A stretch of DNA of 64,000 bases, from contig NMRA01000972.1 of assembly GCA_002633005.1 (NCBI GenBank), positions 18,901 through 82,900 on the forward strand, in the 5' to 3' direction. Below the pieces are notes generated by a model. The model saw only the letters and a program-made list of their open reading frames with translations, was not told the origin of the DNA and ran no database searches. This DNA is from Phoronis australis (taxonomy: Eukaryota; Animalia; Phoronida). Below are positions 35,901-50,200 of this stretch, in pieces. A program made the translations under genes and the position numbers. Positions within the stretch are counted from its first letter, which is position 1; each line of letters begins with the position of its first letter.

Positions 35901-38900
35901 AAAACTATAGAATATAACTCAGCAAAAGTTATATATTTTCTGCAAGTAGAAATTCCGAATTTTTTTTATACCAATTTACCATCAATTAGATCTCGTGGTA
36001 TTGTTTTTTAAGTAGAATTTAATGAAAAAGCAACGTAAATTCATATCAAAAACAGGGTCAATAACATGATCAAATTTCGTATGATATACATGTTCAAGAT
36101 AAAAGCTCAAAAAACTTTAAAGTTTTCCATAAAATCACATAAGACCTAACTTTGATTCCCCTCTTGCAGAAGGGGAAAACTTTTAAAAAAATTTCTTTCA
36201 TTGTTTGGGTGACACAAAGCACAATTATTAATACCTAAAGGCTTCATGTGGATCCGACCAGATTTTTTCATGTGTCCTTCAAATCCTTAAGGCCCATACG
36301 TCGAGTTTTGTTAATTAGATAATACTCTTTGTCGCCATTTCAATCACTGTTGCTGTACACATTGAAATTCCTTGTTGTTTCAGACTTTTAACATTGTGTA
36401 CCCGTGAAATTTCTATAACGAAGTAATGGATTGAGGAAAAAAGTTGAAATAAACCCGAAGGACAATACGCTAACTAACGCGCAGTTCAAAAGATCATAGC
36501 TTTAAAACTATAAACCTGCACAGGTCACGTAGTATGAACAATCGTGCAAGAGTAAGTTACCTACAGTGTAATTCATTTTCCTATAAATGTGTTTTGGGAG
36601 TGTACTGCAATGGGTTCCATGCTTTCTTTCTATTAGGATGCTTTTAGCTGCCACACACACAAAAATTGCTCATTCTCTTCATTTATGCTAACCTTAGACT
36701 TTTTGTACGTATACATTCGTTTGTGTTATACACCCAAACGAAGATATGCGTACCGAAAATTCGTATACGATTTATCTATGACTCAGTTCTTTTCAAAGAA
36801 AAATCTAGTTACACCGTGTCTTCATAAGAGAGCGCTTGCTCCGCCTTGGTTCAGTCTGTCGGACCCTCATTAATTTTAATTGCATTTTAAAGAAGCCTTA
36901 AACAAGTAACAAGCCTCACTCCTGAATTCCATGGATGGACACTTTAAAATTGTACTCAGGCGATCTGTACAAGAGTGTGCTGACTACCAATGTTTGCAGA
37001 CACAATAGTTATATTGCTGAACAAACTACTTGAAGCTGTGATCCGATCTGACAATAGACCTTATTAACTCAGCAGTTCAACTAGGTACTTAACCAAGTAA
37101 TTTGTAAATATTTCCTAACACCAGGTGAGCTGAGAATGAAAAATCTCTGCCCGAAATCTTATCACCAGCATGAAACTCGGTTTCAAACTTCAATTTAATG
37201 TTGATACTGTCTGTTCTCCAAAGAGAGGTACCTTTGATTTCGTGTGGTCGAGCACATCACCGCAATATACGTACAAGATGAAGAAATAGTTTGAGTTCGC
37301 ACAAGATGATCCTAGGCTTAAAGTTAAAAATTTGAGTATGAACTCAAAACCTGGAGCTTGAACTCAAATGTCACTTAAATTTACCCGTCAAGTACAAACT
37401 GGATTTTTGTGAAAGAGAAGCGACACTCGAATCTCGCTATATTTACCCACAATGCCGCAATATTCGTCGGCTCTTTTGTAGCCCCGTTTGCTTTTATTGC
37501 CTTCCTATTCTATAGCTTATTAGAGCCGGCTCAACTCCGATTAATTCAGTTTGTACAGAATAATAACAAATAACAAACATAATATTTAATGTATACTCTA
37601 CGACCTTTTTAAACCGCGAAACTGAACGAAGCAACAGGCTATAGTCAATTCGGAAGATTTACAAATAAAGAAATGAATACTTTAAGAAAACTAGACGACC
37701 GTAGGGATACACTGTGAAAGGGTCAAGTAACAGGGATTCTTATTGATTAAGAGGACAAAGTACCATTCCGATATTCCGAATAGCTGAAAAATAACAATCG
37801 GACGTGCAAATTGATTGGCCTTAGGAACTGTATTACTACACATTGCTCTATCTTCCGTGGTAGATCATCATCCTGTCACAAGGCCACTCCTCCTGACTGG
37901 GTGGCGGTGTAACAGAGGGTATGACAGCACTAATCTCGAATCCAACCTTTTGTAAATTAAAAACGAAGACATTTGGTATATTTTCAACTAAACTAAATTG
38001 CGATCTGATTTATATGCATATTTCAAAATTTCAAATGACCTCTTCATACGCGCAACCAGCCTTTAATANNNNNNNNNNNNNNNNNNNNNNNGGGGGGGGC
38101 TCGTTCGAGCCCCCGAGCCCACCCCCCCCTTGATGCGTTCATGCTCTTTCATTTTCCGCGTACACCATCTAGATTATGACTTAAGTTACGTCAGTTAAGT
38201 TTGCAAAAGCATGCTTTTTATGTTCATCAGATCTAAATATACTGGTTGATCTCATCGTTGATTGATCAATGACGAACCAAAATTTCAAAGTTGTTCACCA
38301 GAGTTTAACGAGAACGGAGGCTAGATGCGAGACTATCACCCATACGAGTCAGCAGCGACACCTAGCGCCCTGGCTTACGTTAAAGTAGTCATAACAGAGA
38401 CCGTAGAGAGGGAAAAAAATCTCCTAGAGAAATCCCATGGGCCGGCCAGTGGGGTTCATTGTTGTTTCATGGACCGTAGAGACGTCTAGCGGGCGTGTGT
38501 GCAATAAACATACATGGCAAGATATGACGGCTCCCTTCGGTAAAAAACAACGGTGCTTTTTGAATTGCCTACGGCTACAGCAACAGTTATTGAAAATTAG
38601 TGACTAATCTTTTTTGCTTCCCAGTGATTAAGATAGATGATGTTGACCATTGAAACAATGACGTTTTTGCGTGAAACTGTTGCCGGTCAACCAGTGATGG
38701 GCTAGGTGATTTGAACTTAATGTCTTTACTGTTCCCTGCATTTGATCGCTTATACAGAAAATTATCGTAACTGGTTTGCGAGATTTTGGAAACTACTGAT
38801 TAGTTTATTTTATGCACCACTTTCTTTCATTTCTTTCTGCAATCTTAACACATTCAGACCTAAAGACAATTATATTTTCTTATTACTATTTTTTACAAAT

Positions 38901-39589
38901 TTTAGTATTGTCATATTATCATATATTTGTTTTTCTCTATACTTTATTATTTATTCATTATTTATATATATTATTTATTTATTGATTTTATTTATTGGTG
39001 ATAACTTATTTAAATTATTTCTTGTGATCCCATGATACAATCAATGTCAATAATCTATATCATATGGTAGTAATGAACACCCCTAAAACATTGTTCAATG
39101 TGCAGTAATGGTTGCATTGTGTTGCTCCTGTTTACAAATCATTGACTCGCGCTGATATTTTGTATACGCAGTTCAAGTTCACTTATGTGATTATAATTTG
39201 GACACTACTGCAGCATTTTTTCTGCATCCACAATATTTTTCTGGTCTGTCAATTACTTTTTCAAAGTGACTTTACAGATTCTGATGAAACTTCACACTGT
39301 TTAAATTTATGGCTGGGATACATCATCACCACTTCATTTTTGTACGTATTTAAGTGCTGTGATATCCCCTTTTCAACGAAATCATGCTTGTCCAAAGTTA
39401 TTGTCAAAATGGCTTAACAATGTTTAACGGACAACGACACAAAGATATGTGGCGGAGACGCATCGCTTTTTGTGCAATTTTGACTGCAGTTTGAGATGCA
39501 CAATTTCATTTTCTATCATGGCATGGACTTCAGGGCATAATAAATATTAATTGCATGGTTTGGTAACCTGCTTGATAATTTGGGGGTCT

Positions 39590-39700
39590 AGTGCCCGGTT
39601 GCATGAAACAGTCCCAAATTGCGACTCCACTATGCTACCTAAATCTACTGCGTATTTGTGAGTTTTGTATGTTGAATTCTCAATATTATGGAAAATACAT
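39590..39700. mobile_element. Inverted, internally deleted fragment of the same MITE family
   Basis: GTGCCCGGTTGCATGAAACAGTCCCAAAT...CTACTGCGTATTTG..TTGAATTCTCAATATTAT is the reverse complement of blocks in 28170-28358. Confidence 0.68.
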
Positions 39701-40691
39701 GGGGAAGTGTTGAACGAAATGCTCCTTTAAATGCATTTTTTTGCGCGACATTGGTGGGTACTTTGGTAGAGTATGTCTACAAAAACCCGTTACACTCACT
39801 AATAATGTTATTTGTTTTGATTTTTTTGTTTGAGACAGATCTCAAAATCATCAAGTCTGGAAATAAGTTATCCTTGTGCTATTTACTTTCATAGTATTCA
39901 CTTTACACGCCGATGAATATTTAGGTCTTATTATGCCTGAACAATCGGCTGATAGATAAGTTAATAAAATGTGACTTGATAAAACGACTTGTTTCCAGTC
40001 AGGTTAAGAGAACTTGTTGACATCAGAAAATAATTTCCCTTAGATGGAATGTGTATTTAATAGGCATCTCTATTCCGTTGTATTTAAGCAGACATACATT
40101 ATATGTTTTTGATGGACTGCAAGCAAGTATACCACCCCTGAGTGATTTTTCCCCCTACCCGGTTATTACCAGTTTCACTGACCACACCCCACGCCACCCC
40201 CAGTCGCTACCCATATTAGATCCCACCAGGCATCTTTACAGGGGGTTCACACTTCCCTGCTCGAGAGTAGCATATTGTATGGTGTGAACCCCTAAATCTT
40301 GCAATATCTATATCTACCCACCCTCTAATCGCCCAAATCCACTCAGACAACGCTGATTAGTCACCCCCTGCCATTCCCTGTTTATGATGTATTTCTGATT
40401 TTTTTCTTCATTTATTCAATTTTCTACCTATATGTACATTTTTCCAGTTCACCGCTCAATAAATTCTCAATATTTTTAAATAAGAACAGTTTACAACTTT
40501 GAATTCGACGTCTCGCGTACTTCGTCGGCGCACACCCTCCCCGCTAGGTGACGCCACGGTCAATGACAAAATAATGGCAGCGGCTAAAGTGAATAGTCTT
40601 GTTAACGTCTTTGGTCATAAACCATACGCTGGATTAAAAAATATGAATTTTCTCTGCAGGCGTGTCTTTCTTCCAAAGCAACATGAGGACA

Positions 40692-41572
40692 GTTTTATTC
40701 CCCAAACATTTATATATGGACACATTATGCAGTCATCCTCGTCCGTGGGTCCGACCGTCCGTCTTCCCGTCCCGCGTCCGGAGTCCGGCGTCCGCTGCTC
40801 TCACTCCAAAACCCTTTGATGTATGTTCATGAAATTTTGAACATGTGTTTCTTTTATAAATGGGACGGCACATGAGCGAACATTCAGACGGATCCGACTA
40901 TCGGTGTGCCCCCTAGTGGGAATTTTAGTTTTTTACGTGTAAGTCGTATTTTCGAAGGTTTTCAACGGATTTTCATAAAATTTACAGTAGCATATAAGCA
41001 TGTATTACTGAGACGACGCTATCCTCTCGTTTTCGGACGGATTTGTCGTATTTTGCGCTACTTAGAGGCCATTTTTACTGTTTTCGAGTCTGCTTTTGGC
41101 GTCCGCTCCTTTATCAACAAAACCACTCTAATGATCTGATTCTGAAAATTGACGTATATGTTCTTTGTGAGGAGGGTAGATGGCGATGATTTTCCGACGA
41201 TTTCGACTGTTGTGGCGTCCCGTAGTGGCAGTTTTGTTTTTTACGCCCGCATAGCAGGATCTTTATTAAATTTACCAATTTTATTTATATGAAGCTGACA
41301 ACGGACGAGGATGACTTTCAGATGATTCCGGCAAACACTGTTTCCTCTAGTGGCAATTTCCTTTGTTTCTCTGAAGTTCCTTAACAGATTTTTATGAAAT
41401 TTGGTAAATACCATTATTCTATTTAAAGGATGACATATTCCCGTTTTAGTATGGATTCGACGTATTTTGAGCCATCTAGTTGCTATTTTTATGATACAAA
41501 TGAGCACCCCTAGAAGCACACCGTTTGCGATGCATTCGTGGGCGCGTTCCAGTGCCCGCGTTGCTTTTGTTA
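40692..41572 (+). mobile_element. Helentron/HINE (DINE-1-like) element with a GTCC microsatellite and tandem array
   Basis: TTTTATTCCCC start; (GTCC)-like tract at 40740-40795; about 5 diverged 130-160-bp units each with a CTAGTGGC-like core; 3' hairpin GTGGGCGC..GTGCCCGC followed by a T-rich end. Confidence 0.68.
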
Positions 41573-42707
41573 TCCTTAGTGTGTCCGAGCGATACTGCCA
41601 CGAAACTAAGCCGCCGCAACAGTTAAACGCCATGAGCCTGGACTGAAACAATAATTACATGTCATTTCCTTTCAAGCCTAGAAAACCATTTTAATTAAGA
41701 TGAGATCGATTTCATGATGATAAATACTCTAAATCAAAAGTTGATTTTAAGGTGCGGTTTTTTGGACATCTAAAAATTTCTAAATGGAAGTTTTTGTTTT
41801 TATGTAATGTTCGTTTAATTGGGAAGGCAGCACTCAATATATACTAGACAAAATTAATCCAGCGCACGAAGGCGAGATCACACCTTGTGAATGAACTTTT
41901 TTCACAACAGTTTACCACATTCGCATTGTTGGTTTACAAACGCCGTTTACTTTGTACAGTGTAGTCGTTTATGTGAACGTTACGTATGGCACTTTGAAGA
42001 CCTTTGCCAGAACTTGGCGAAAACACAAGACCACCGTGACGCAAAGATTCGCGATATACCGCCATGTGTTACAAGAGAAATACGTGATCACGCTAGCTTC
42101 CTCTTGCGTGATTTTTGCATCTACGGAACTCGGACCTTGTTCTAGAATAGTGTACCTCAATCGCCATCGTGTAAACAGCATTTAGCGGAAATTTGCTTAC
42201 GTTTGCATTATTATCATGAAGGAGGTTCATGATCAAATGCCATATGGAAGATTATTGACCTCGCGGCGGATACTTAATTATGTTTACACGATTTACTAAT
42301 CCAGCGAGGACGTTTTGTCATAGTCGTGTTTTTGGACAATTGTCTCCTGAGGAGATTTTAAGTCCCTTGAACTCCCTGTAAATGTAGATCCGTTACTATG
42401 GCAAAATTTTTTTGTGATCGGAGTGCTTTTGAGCGATCAATAAAAGAGTGAATTTTAGAAGCTGATTATAGTACATGTAACTCGTTGTTACACGCCTTGT
42501 TGACACCAAAGCATGATGCAAACTCTGCTCATGACTCACCAAGAAACTCAAAATGAATTGTGGTAGATTCTACTTGACAGGAAAAACTGCGAAATCAGTA
42601 CAGAAAATATTTATTGCCACACATTCACAGTTCAAAAAGTTTGTTGTCCACACAGACTGTTAAACCAAATAGATACACACATGAAAAAGTGCTACTAGTG
42701 CCATTAA

Positions 42708-43689
42708 AGGTACACAATCGGGCCGGAAAACAAAACGTATTTTTGTTAATTTGATAAGTTTAGACGTCTTGCAGTTAGTGGCTTTAAACTGAGCTACAAA
42801 ACAGTTGTGTTTTGTGGTTCTATAAGAGATCTCCGACTTCTTAAGTTTGCTTCCAGTAGTTTACTGAAATCGAGGCAGTGATCCCATTAGATGTTAGCAG
42901 TGCAGTGCAGTGGTAATTACCGAAGCGGGCGATGATGCTGATCAAAGCCGGCGTAAAAAAACCCAAGGGCTAACCCTCTGAGTGTATGAAGCCGCGTAAA
43001 CTCTTTGGCATACATGGAAGCATATATGTACGAAATCCCGCGCTTTGCTGCGAGTTAAGTTACATATTTTCAATAATATCGAGCATTTTATTCAGGTCTT
43101 GTTAGACCGCCGGGTGGATTTGTATTATTCTTTCATTTTCCATGTTTACTCTAGATTAATTCTAAAGGTTAAACATTAAAGCATATTTAAAGTACTTAAT
43201 GTCAATGTTTTTGTAATTAACCGATTGACCTCCTCACCGAGTATCAATAATTTTCGTATAATCTCGGCCAAAAGGAAATACAAAACTCGCTTTCGAAAAT
43301 GACCAAATCCGGTTTGAAAACCTGATAATCTGGCAGTTATAACCGCTAAGCTATGAACTTGTTATTACCTGTGTTCTGTGCCTTGGGAGGTTACTGCCTG
43401 AATTTTAAAAATAAGTACATTTAAGCTGGGCACTGTGTAAGCGTGCGAGTAAGGTGTGACACGGACCGACTGCCTGAAAGTCACGTGATCGACTAAAGCG
43501 AGATCGACAGTCATTGGCATCACAGAAATCTGAAGAAATTAAAAGTACAGAAAAACATCCAAATAAGGAAACCAAGCATTTTTTCTCGTGGAAAAATTCC
43601 GAACAACTGTTGTCCGAGGTGAAAGTTGCATAATTCTCCTCGTATTTGGGCATTGCTGTTCATGGCTCCTCTTTGTCGGTTATGTCACT
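42708..43689. mobile_element. Older Kolobok-like MITE
   Basis: TTAA flanks; degenerate TIRs AGGTACACAATCG versus AGTGACATAACCG (reverse complement), 9/13 match. Confidence 0.45.
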
Positions 43690-44116
43690 TTAAATGGCAT
43701 AAGAAAACAGATTTTTGAAGGGGTAAAAACCGATACGCGCATTTGAAACACACATTTAAGACGTACATAATACCAAACTTTACAAGTGCGTAATTCCCTA
43801 ATGACTCGCTGAAGACCTCCGTGAACAAATCACTATGGAAAAGTCTTTGTTCTTCTTATTTCGTGTTAAGCTTAAGTCAGAAATTTCGCCTTACGCTCCC
43901 ACAACTGTTTAATGAATTGAAATGTGATTATACACAACATCAATTCAATTAGTTTATATAAATTATTGCTATTGGCCATATGTTAACAACTTAAAAATTG
44001 AAAAAAATACAGTAAAAGCGCGCAAGACAAGCTGTCTGACTTAAGCTTTTCCCTGACCCCTCAGGAAAAGAAATTTCAGCAACTTTAATTTGTGCGCTGT
44101 GGTTGTCGCTCAATTA

Positions 44117-44223
44117 TCACTTCGTTACGAGATATGCCAAACAGACTAAGATCAGAGACACACTTGGGACTTTGTAGTTTGAACCTGCAACGAAAGAAAC
44201 GTTCTTAGAGTCTGAAATTATAC
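44117..44223 (-). CDS. Terminal exon with GPI-signal-like hydrophobic tail (GIISDSKNVSFVAGSNYKVPSVSLILVCLAYLVTK*)
   Basis: Polypyrimidine tract and ttcag acceptor, phase 1; small residues, spacer, hydrophobic end, then TGA. Confidence 0.7.
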
Positions 44224-47200
44224 CTGAACGTGGGTGAAAGAAAACGCACAAAACAACGTGAGGTGTTCGACACTTAAAGATTACCAATGATTTCAGTTAA
44301 TTTTTCTGTCAATTTTTACGTTTTCTACTTCATTCAAGTTGCCACGGAACATAACTCTAACCCAAACATTTCGTTAATTATTGAACGTATGAAACGTAAT
44401 CCATCGCCAGTTTGATGCCCTGTTTATGAGCACTTGGCCTCGCAAGAGCACGTAATGTCAGACAGCGCACCATGTGATCTCAGTGCCCATCACACCCAGG
44501 TCAAAATCAGTGAACCTGCTGCGTTCGCCCGCATGCAAACTAAAACATCGGAATTTCCCAGATGTTTGCGGACCGGGTAATTTGGTTACGAATCTACTGA
44601 TGAGAATCTCAAGGTTCTATCATGGAGAAATGTGAGTGAAATTAGCAACATTATTCGAAAAAAATCATTCTAAGACTTGAAAATCGTTTAATGTTCTTTT
44701 TAAAGATTACTCAAAAGAAACTTCAACATAGAAAAGTACAGTGAAATGTTTAATTATAATTAAAAATGTAAGAAAAATAGACCTTTTTAAATACTTCAGG
44801 AAGTCGATTTTTAGAACATGGCATTTCTGTGTGTATGTGAGATACACTCAGCACCACTGCTTACCATTTTGACACTTTCCCTTCACACAGATGGCGTTGA
44901 CGTTGATGCCTTTGCAGTTCATATCGCCATGGCAGGTGTCCCCAATGGCACCTTTTGGTGAAATTAAAACAAATATTTAAAGTTATACTAACAAACAGGG
45001 CACATTTTAGAAACCTGAAACAACCAATCAATGCATTATCAGCCTATATTTTTGTTTTGTTTAATTCGTTACCTTTGGGGACACCACAGTCCTTGCTTGC
45101 ATTTTGCAACAAGTAGTGTACAGCAAGCTCAACAGATGACAGCACTATTGAACCTTTTACATGTGAGCCCCTATGCGTGCAGTTCTTGAAGACATCTGTC
45201 GAGTACATACACACAAAAAACAGTGTCAAAATCGACAAACAATTTATTAACAAAAATCAAAAGCCATGTAACTTGGATAGCCTGAAAAAAGGAGGTGTCG
45301 ATGAGTTGAAGAGAGTCCGGCATGGATAGGCGTTTGTGCAGCTAGTGGCGTAGCTATGGTTATCCCCGCCAGCGGACTAATACAGCGGTGCACCTCTCCT
45401 CCCTGGTCTCCACTAACTTCCCACTTGTGCTGCTATTCCGTCGCCACCAATGTTGCACCGTCTTCCCCGCCTGATCGTCATCGAGTTTGACCCGTCCACT
45501 CTCTGGTGCGGCTGGCGGGGTAGTCTGTATTAACGCCAAAACACATCCCTCTGAAACTGAGCCATCAGAAGCTAAATCCTTGTATTAGAAACTGTATTAC
45601 TTCAATTTGGCCTATTTTATATTACAGGTTTAAAAAGTTTCAATATTAAGCATTAGCGTCCTCGGATGTTCACCGTGTTCACATTTGTCTCCAGCTTCTC
45701 ATGTAGGATTAGTCAGCTATTTTCTTTTGACTTGTTTCCGCAAATTCTTAGTTGTCTGATTCCAATTTTTTCTACACTAAATACACCTTCACCATTTTAT
45801 TCCATTATCATTATTTTAGTGGCGTCGACATGCCTTTGCCAGACTATGGTCGCCGCTGGTTTTTTGGCTGTTCGATAGTTTACACTTACTAATTGAGGGG
45901 GGAAATCAGTGAAGTTCGCAGAGGTCAGTCTTAGAGGGAACTACATGTAAGGCCGTGGGCCGTAAGCCAAAGGAGGCCTGTGAAACGCATCTGTGACCAT
46001 TTGAGAGATTTTGTTTTGACGCTTTTGATATAAAATATTGCATTTTATAAATAAAAAGTAAAATGTCCCCAATGTCTTAACGTCCAAATTTCTATATTAT
46101 TGGACTTGTAAACTTGACTAATTTTGCAGAATGGCATGGTCTCCAACACATGAAAAAACTAAGAACTATAACTGCAAACATTTTAATACTGTTCTTAAGT
46201 TGTAAACAGAAATGTATCACCAAAACCAACAATGTCCCCAGATAATACACGTCTTTCACAGGTGCAATTAAGAAACACTAGTGCTTCAAAGGTTAATTGA
46301 ATTTACACATGATGATTATAACGATTCATTATTTTAATTCCAGGTCGTTCATACGTTAATCTTCATAAATAACGTCTTAACAATTTGAATTAAAGCAATT
46401 CAACATTTCATTACTAGGTGAATAGTTAGCATTTTTAAATCAGTAAAATTAAAGTGAACACTACAACTTCGAGATCAAAAACCGTTTTACATTTTTATCA
46501 AATTAGATATAACCTGACACTTGCGGTTTTGACCATCCAGAAAGAACACGTTCAAATTTTAGAATGATTGGACTAAAAGCAAATTGATTGCAGTATCAAC
46601 ACTAAATCAAAAAGAAACTTGTCCCTAAATACAAAACCTCTTTCTTCTGCTTTACCTATTGCTTATCAGACGATGGTCCCTTCTTTGCTGAAGCTTGCGA
46701 TGATCCGCCACCGCTTAGTGGGATCCAGGGGGTCAATAGGGTATGGACCCCCCTTTTCCCCTTAACTCTAGTGATATCAAATCTAGAATTTTTAAATTGT
46801 TGACTTGGATCCCCCTTCTGAAAAAGTCCTTGACCCGACCACCCTTTAAAAAGTCTTGGATCCGCCCCTACACCACCATGTTCTTTCGGCTTACCGTCCC
46901 CGAAACCGACTTACAACAACCAGTTGACCGGAAAGGGAGACCCCCTAGATCTAAGACATCATCGAGAAAGGCTAGTGGAATCACATGCTTTGCTTGAGTT
47001 TTCGCGAGATTCCTGCATCTACAGAACACAGACCGCTCGTTCAGCCGAGTGCGCTTGCGTAGGCTAATACTTACGTTTTGTGCACGTGCTTCCCGAGGCT
47101 GTATGCGTGAAGTGGCAAACGCAGGTGGAAAAGACGCCGCTAAAGGTTCCGGCGTAACAAGCGTCGAAACCACACGTCAACCCCTTGGAGCCATCACAAA

Positions 47201-50200
47201 CTTTGCCGACAGCAGAAGAGCCGGTACAGTTATTACCATGAGTGAGTGCTGTAGGAACACGAAAACATGCTGGTTTACGTATTACAGTACGATATTTGAC
47301 TTAATCTCAGTTGACGAGAACCCAACGCCGGCTGCCCTCGGTTTTGCGAAACCATTCGCGTTTAGGTGTTTGCTGCATCTAAATTTACCTCCAACACAAC
47401 GAAGCTGTAATATCGAAATACCCTCTCTTCTATCCGTCTTCTGTATTCGAGTAAAATTGATAGAAATTCATGACAACCTTACTGATTGCTGAACAAAATC
47501 GATTCAGAAAAAAATTCACATAAGCCTTTCGACCGTAAAAGTAAGTATGCTGGGCAATCTTCAAGATTCTAATTGCTCAAGAAGCAATGCAGTATTTCTT
47601 AATATTTCTTATTATACGCATTGACATTGGGGGAACCTATAAACAGGAGATCGTTGATTGTCTCTAATAATATGTTTCATCCAAAGATCTGTACTAATCC
47701 ACTTTCACACTAGCAAATTTTTGTTTCACGGGTGCTGGAATGTGGCTTGATGTGTGTGTTCAGTGCCGTCCGACTTAGAAGGCAGACACAAATCTGGACT
47801 TCTCAACCCCAAGCCAGACGGCAGACCTGTTTTCTTCCCGCGACAAGCAGATTGCGTGATTTTTGTTTTCTATGTGTTCACCCACATGATGTCGATAGCA
47901 CGCGCACAACCAAAAATGCTAACATCTTGCTCGCAATGCAATTTAATTACAAGACTGCAGAATTTAGGACGCTTTTATATACGTATTTTAACGGCGCAGT
48001 AAGCGTGCTCCTTCCCTTAAAACAGTTATCTTATTTTAACCACTTACTATTATAAATCGGTCTCACATTTGTCCTTGTAAAACTTCATGCAACTCTAGCC
48101 CTGGAATGCCAACTCCCGCACGTGACCTAAGTATTGTATCATAAAGGCTTGCGACCCCGAGACTTGCTGCGAGAGTTTGCACTGGAAATTTCCGGCTGCC
48201 TGCTGGATCTGAATTTTGATCGGGTGTTGGAGTTATATAATCAATCCTTATTTCATTACTTCATTTCCATTTTGACATTTTTGTTCATCAAGCGATACTC
48301 CTGTGCTACGGCTCTAGACAACTAGCCATTTCCCGGCAAAATTAGTCAACAAACCTGACAATTACATTAGCAACTCTTTATACCCGTGGCCCTGCTGAGA
48401 TACAGGGAATAGTCTGGCCTTTAATATCTTTTCATTTCCAGTCTTAGAACCACTATAGACAACTTATCAAACTACATGCAAGGAGTGTTTCAACAAGACA
48501 TTTTTGGGTGTTAAAATCATGTTACAATATTTTACGGAAAGAAGTGACTTTTGGTTTCTAAGTGTTTGCTCTGCAATTATGAATAAAAAATTAAGTCCTA
48601 CTAACAAGTGAGTTTATGTAACTTTCGAAAAACTACTCATATTTGCGTAGCTAAGTGTGTGTGTGTTTGTGTGTGCGTGTTCCTGTTTGCATAAATTATT
48701 ACTGTTCTCAATTGCTTCTATAATAATTAATTTGTGAAATGTTTACCTGTTGCACAAATACTTTTTTTGTTAATTCGTTTTCTGAGCAATAAATGTTACT
48801 TGCAGCATTTGTAAAAAAATCCAATCCAATACTTTGAGTTGCTGACAGTGTACATAGTATTTGGCAATTGTCCCGCACTTGACGGACTATCCCACACTTC
48901 GAATATTTTGCGCCATACCGCCACACCCTCAAAATGTCCCGCTTTTTGACACACGGCGACACTAACGTATTATCATATGCTGCTGTACTTTCGCACGTGG
49001 CCTAGCACTGTTTTCCTGTTCGACTAAAAGAAAAAAATCCGAACGTTTCATAGGGTTTTGAGGCACCCGCGAATTTGTGGCACCCGCAATTGCCTATTCG
49101 ACTTAAAAACCAAAAATACCTTCGGCCGCTTTTGGGTGTAACGACTCCCATTCGATAAAATATTTTTGTATGAATGCTTGACTAAATTCTTTACAGCAAC
49201 TGCGAGGGATCCATATTCTAAAATCGTGGTCTTGATATAGTAGACATCTTTGGAATGATTGAGTTTATTTCCCTAATGGTATAATTAGTCATTTATATAA
49301 CCTCTCTGGTTCATTTCCCTTTTTATGTTACTATTACACCCTGTTACTTTTCGCATGTTTTAAACCTGTCAGGTATGCAACATGATTATTTATGAATTAA
49401 AATATGTATCATGAACCGTCAAGAACTGACGAAGGGCTTTCTATTGACATGACTCTTATGCAATTCGATTGAAAAGCAGCGGAGTTGCGAAAAGTTTTAG
49501 TGCGAGTAAATTCCAAAGCAATAACCAACGCCGAACAAACGAATGCAAACAAATGCTACACATGCGCGGCGCAACCTCAGCAGCGCGAGATTGAAGTTGG
49601 CATTCAAGGTCTAGAGTTCTATGCTTCGATTAAGAATGATTTCTAGACTTGAGAAGAACTGGCAGGTCGTTATTGCATGAGATCAGACCCATTAATTTGC
49701 CTGTCATGACGGTTATTTTCAGAAGCCAAGGCGCAGCGTAATCGTCAGGCTAATTTCAGTCGTTCTATTGAAACCAAGTCCAAATTAAACGAATAAACAA
49801 ACGAGTAATGCAAAAGTAGATGTTTTTGAGGATATGTAGGACCTTACTTCTAAATTTTATTTTTTTTTGCAATACCGAATGCCTGAATTTGTTATTTTTA
49901 TCTCTATGTAATTTTAAAATAGACATCTTGCTTGTTTAAACTAGAAAAAAATCCCAAACTCAACTCAACCGCGTGGAAATTTGCTTATTTAAGTTCTTAG
50001 ATAACAGAGCAGTCACGCCAATCGAATCTCCCGCCAGGCATTTAGCACTTCCGTATGTACCCACAATTCCTTAGTTCAGAGAGACCCATAATACGGGGTC
50101 AACGAGGTGTACATAGCATAGAAATATGCCGCAAGAAATGAAGAAAAACGTAATTTTGATCCTGAGTTTTAGCTATGCGTCCGAGTCGCTGCGACGGTCT

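Noticed and set aside
38742-39035. Hydrophobic 97-aa membrane-protein-like ORF
   Set aside because: Translation of a T-rich low-complexity tract with a TTG start.
46868-47492. GC-richer ORFs of 101 and 147 aa in an intron of the Cys-rich gene
   Set aside because: No domain signature or usable splice sites; probably repeat-derived.
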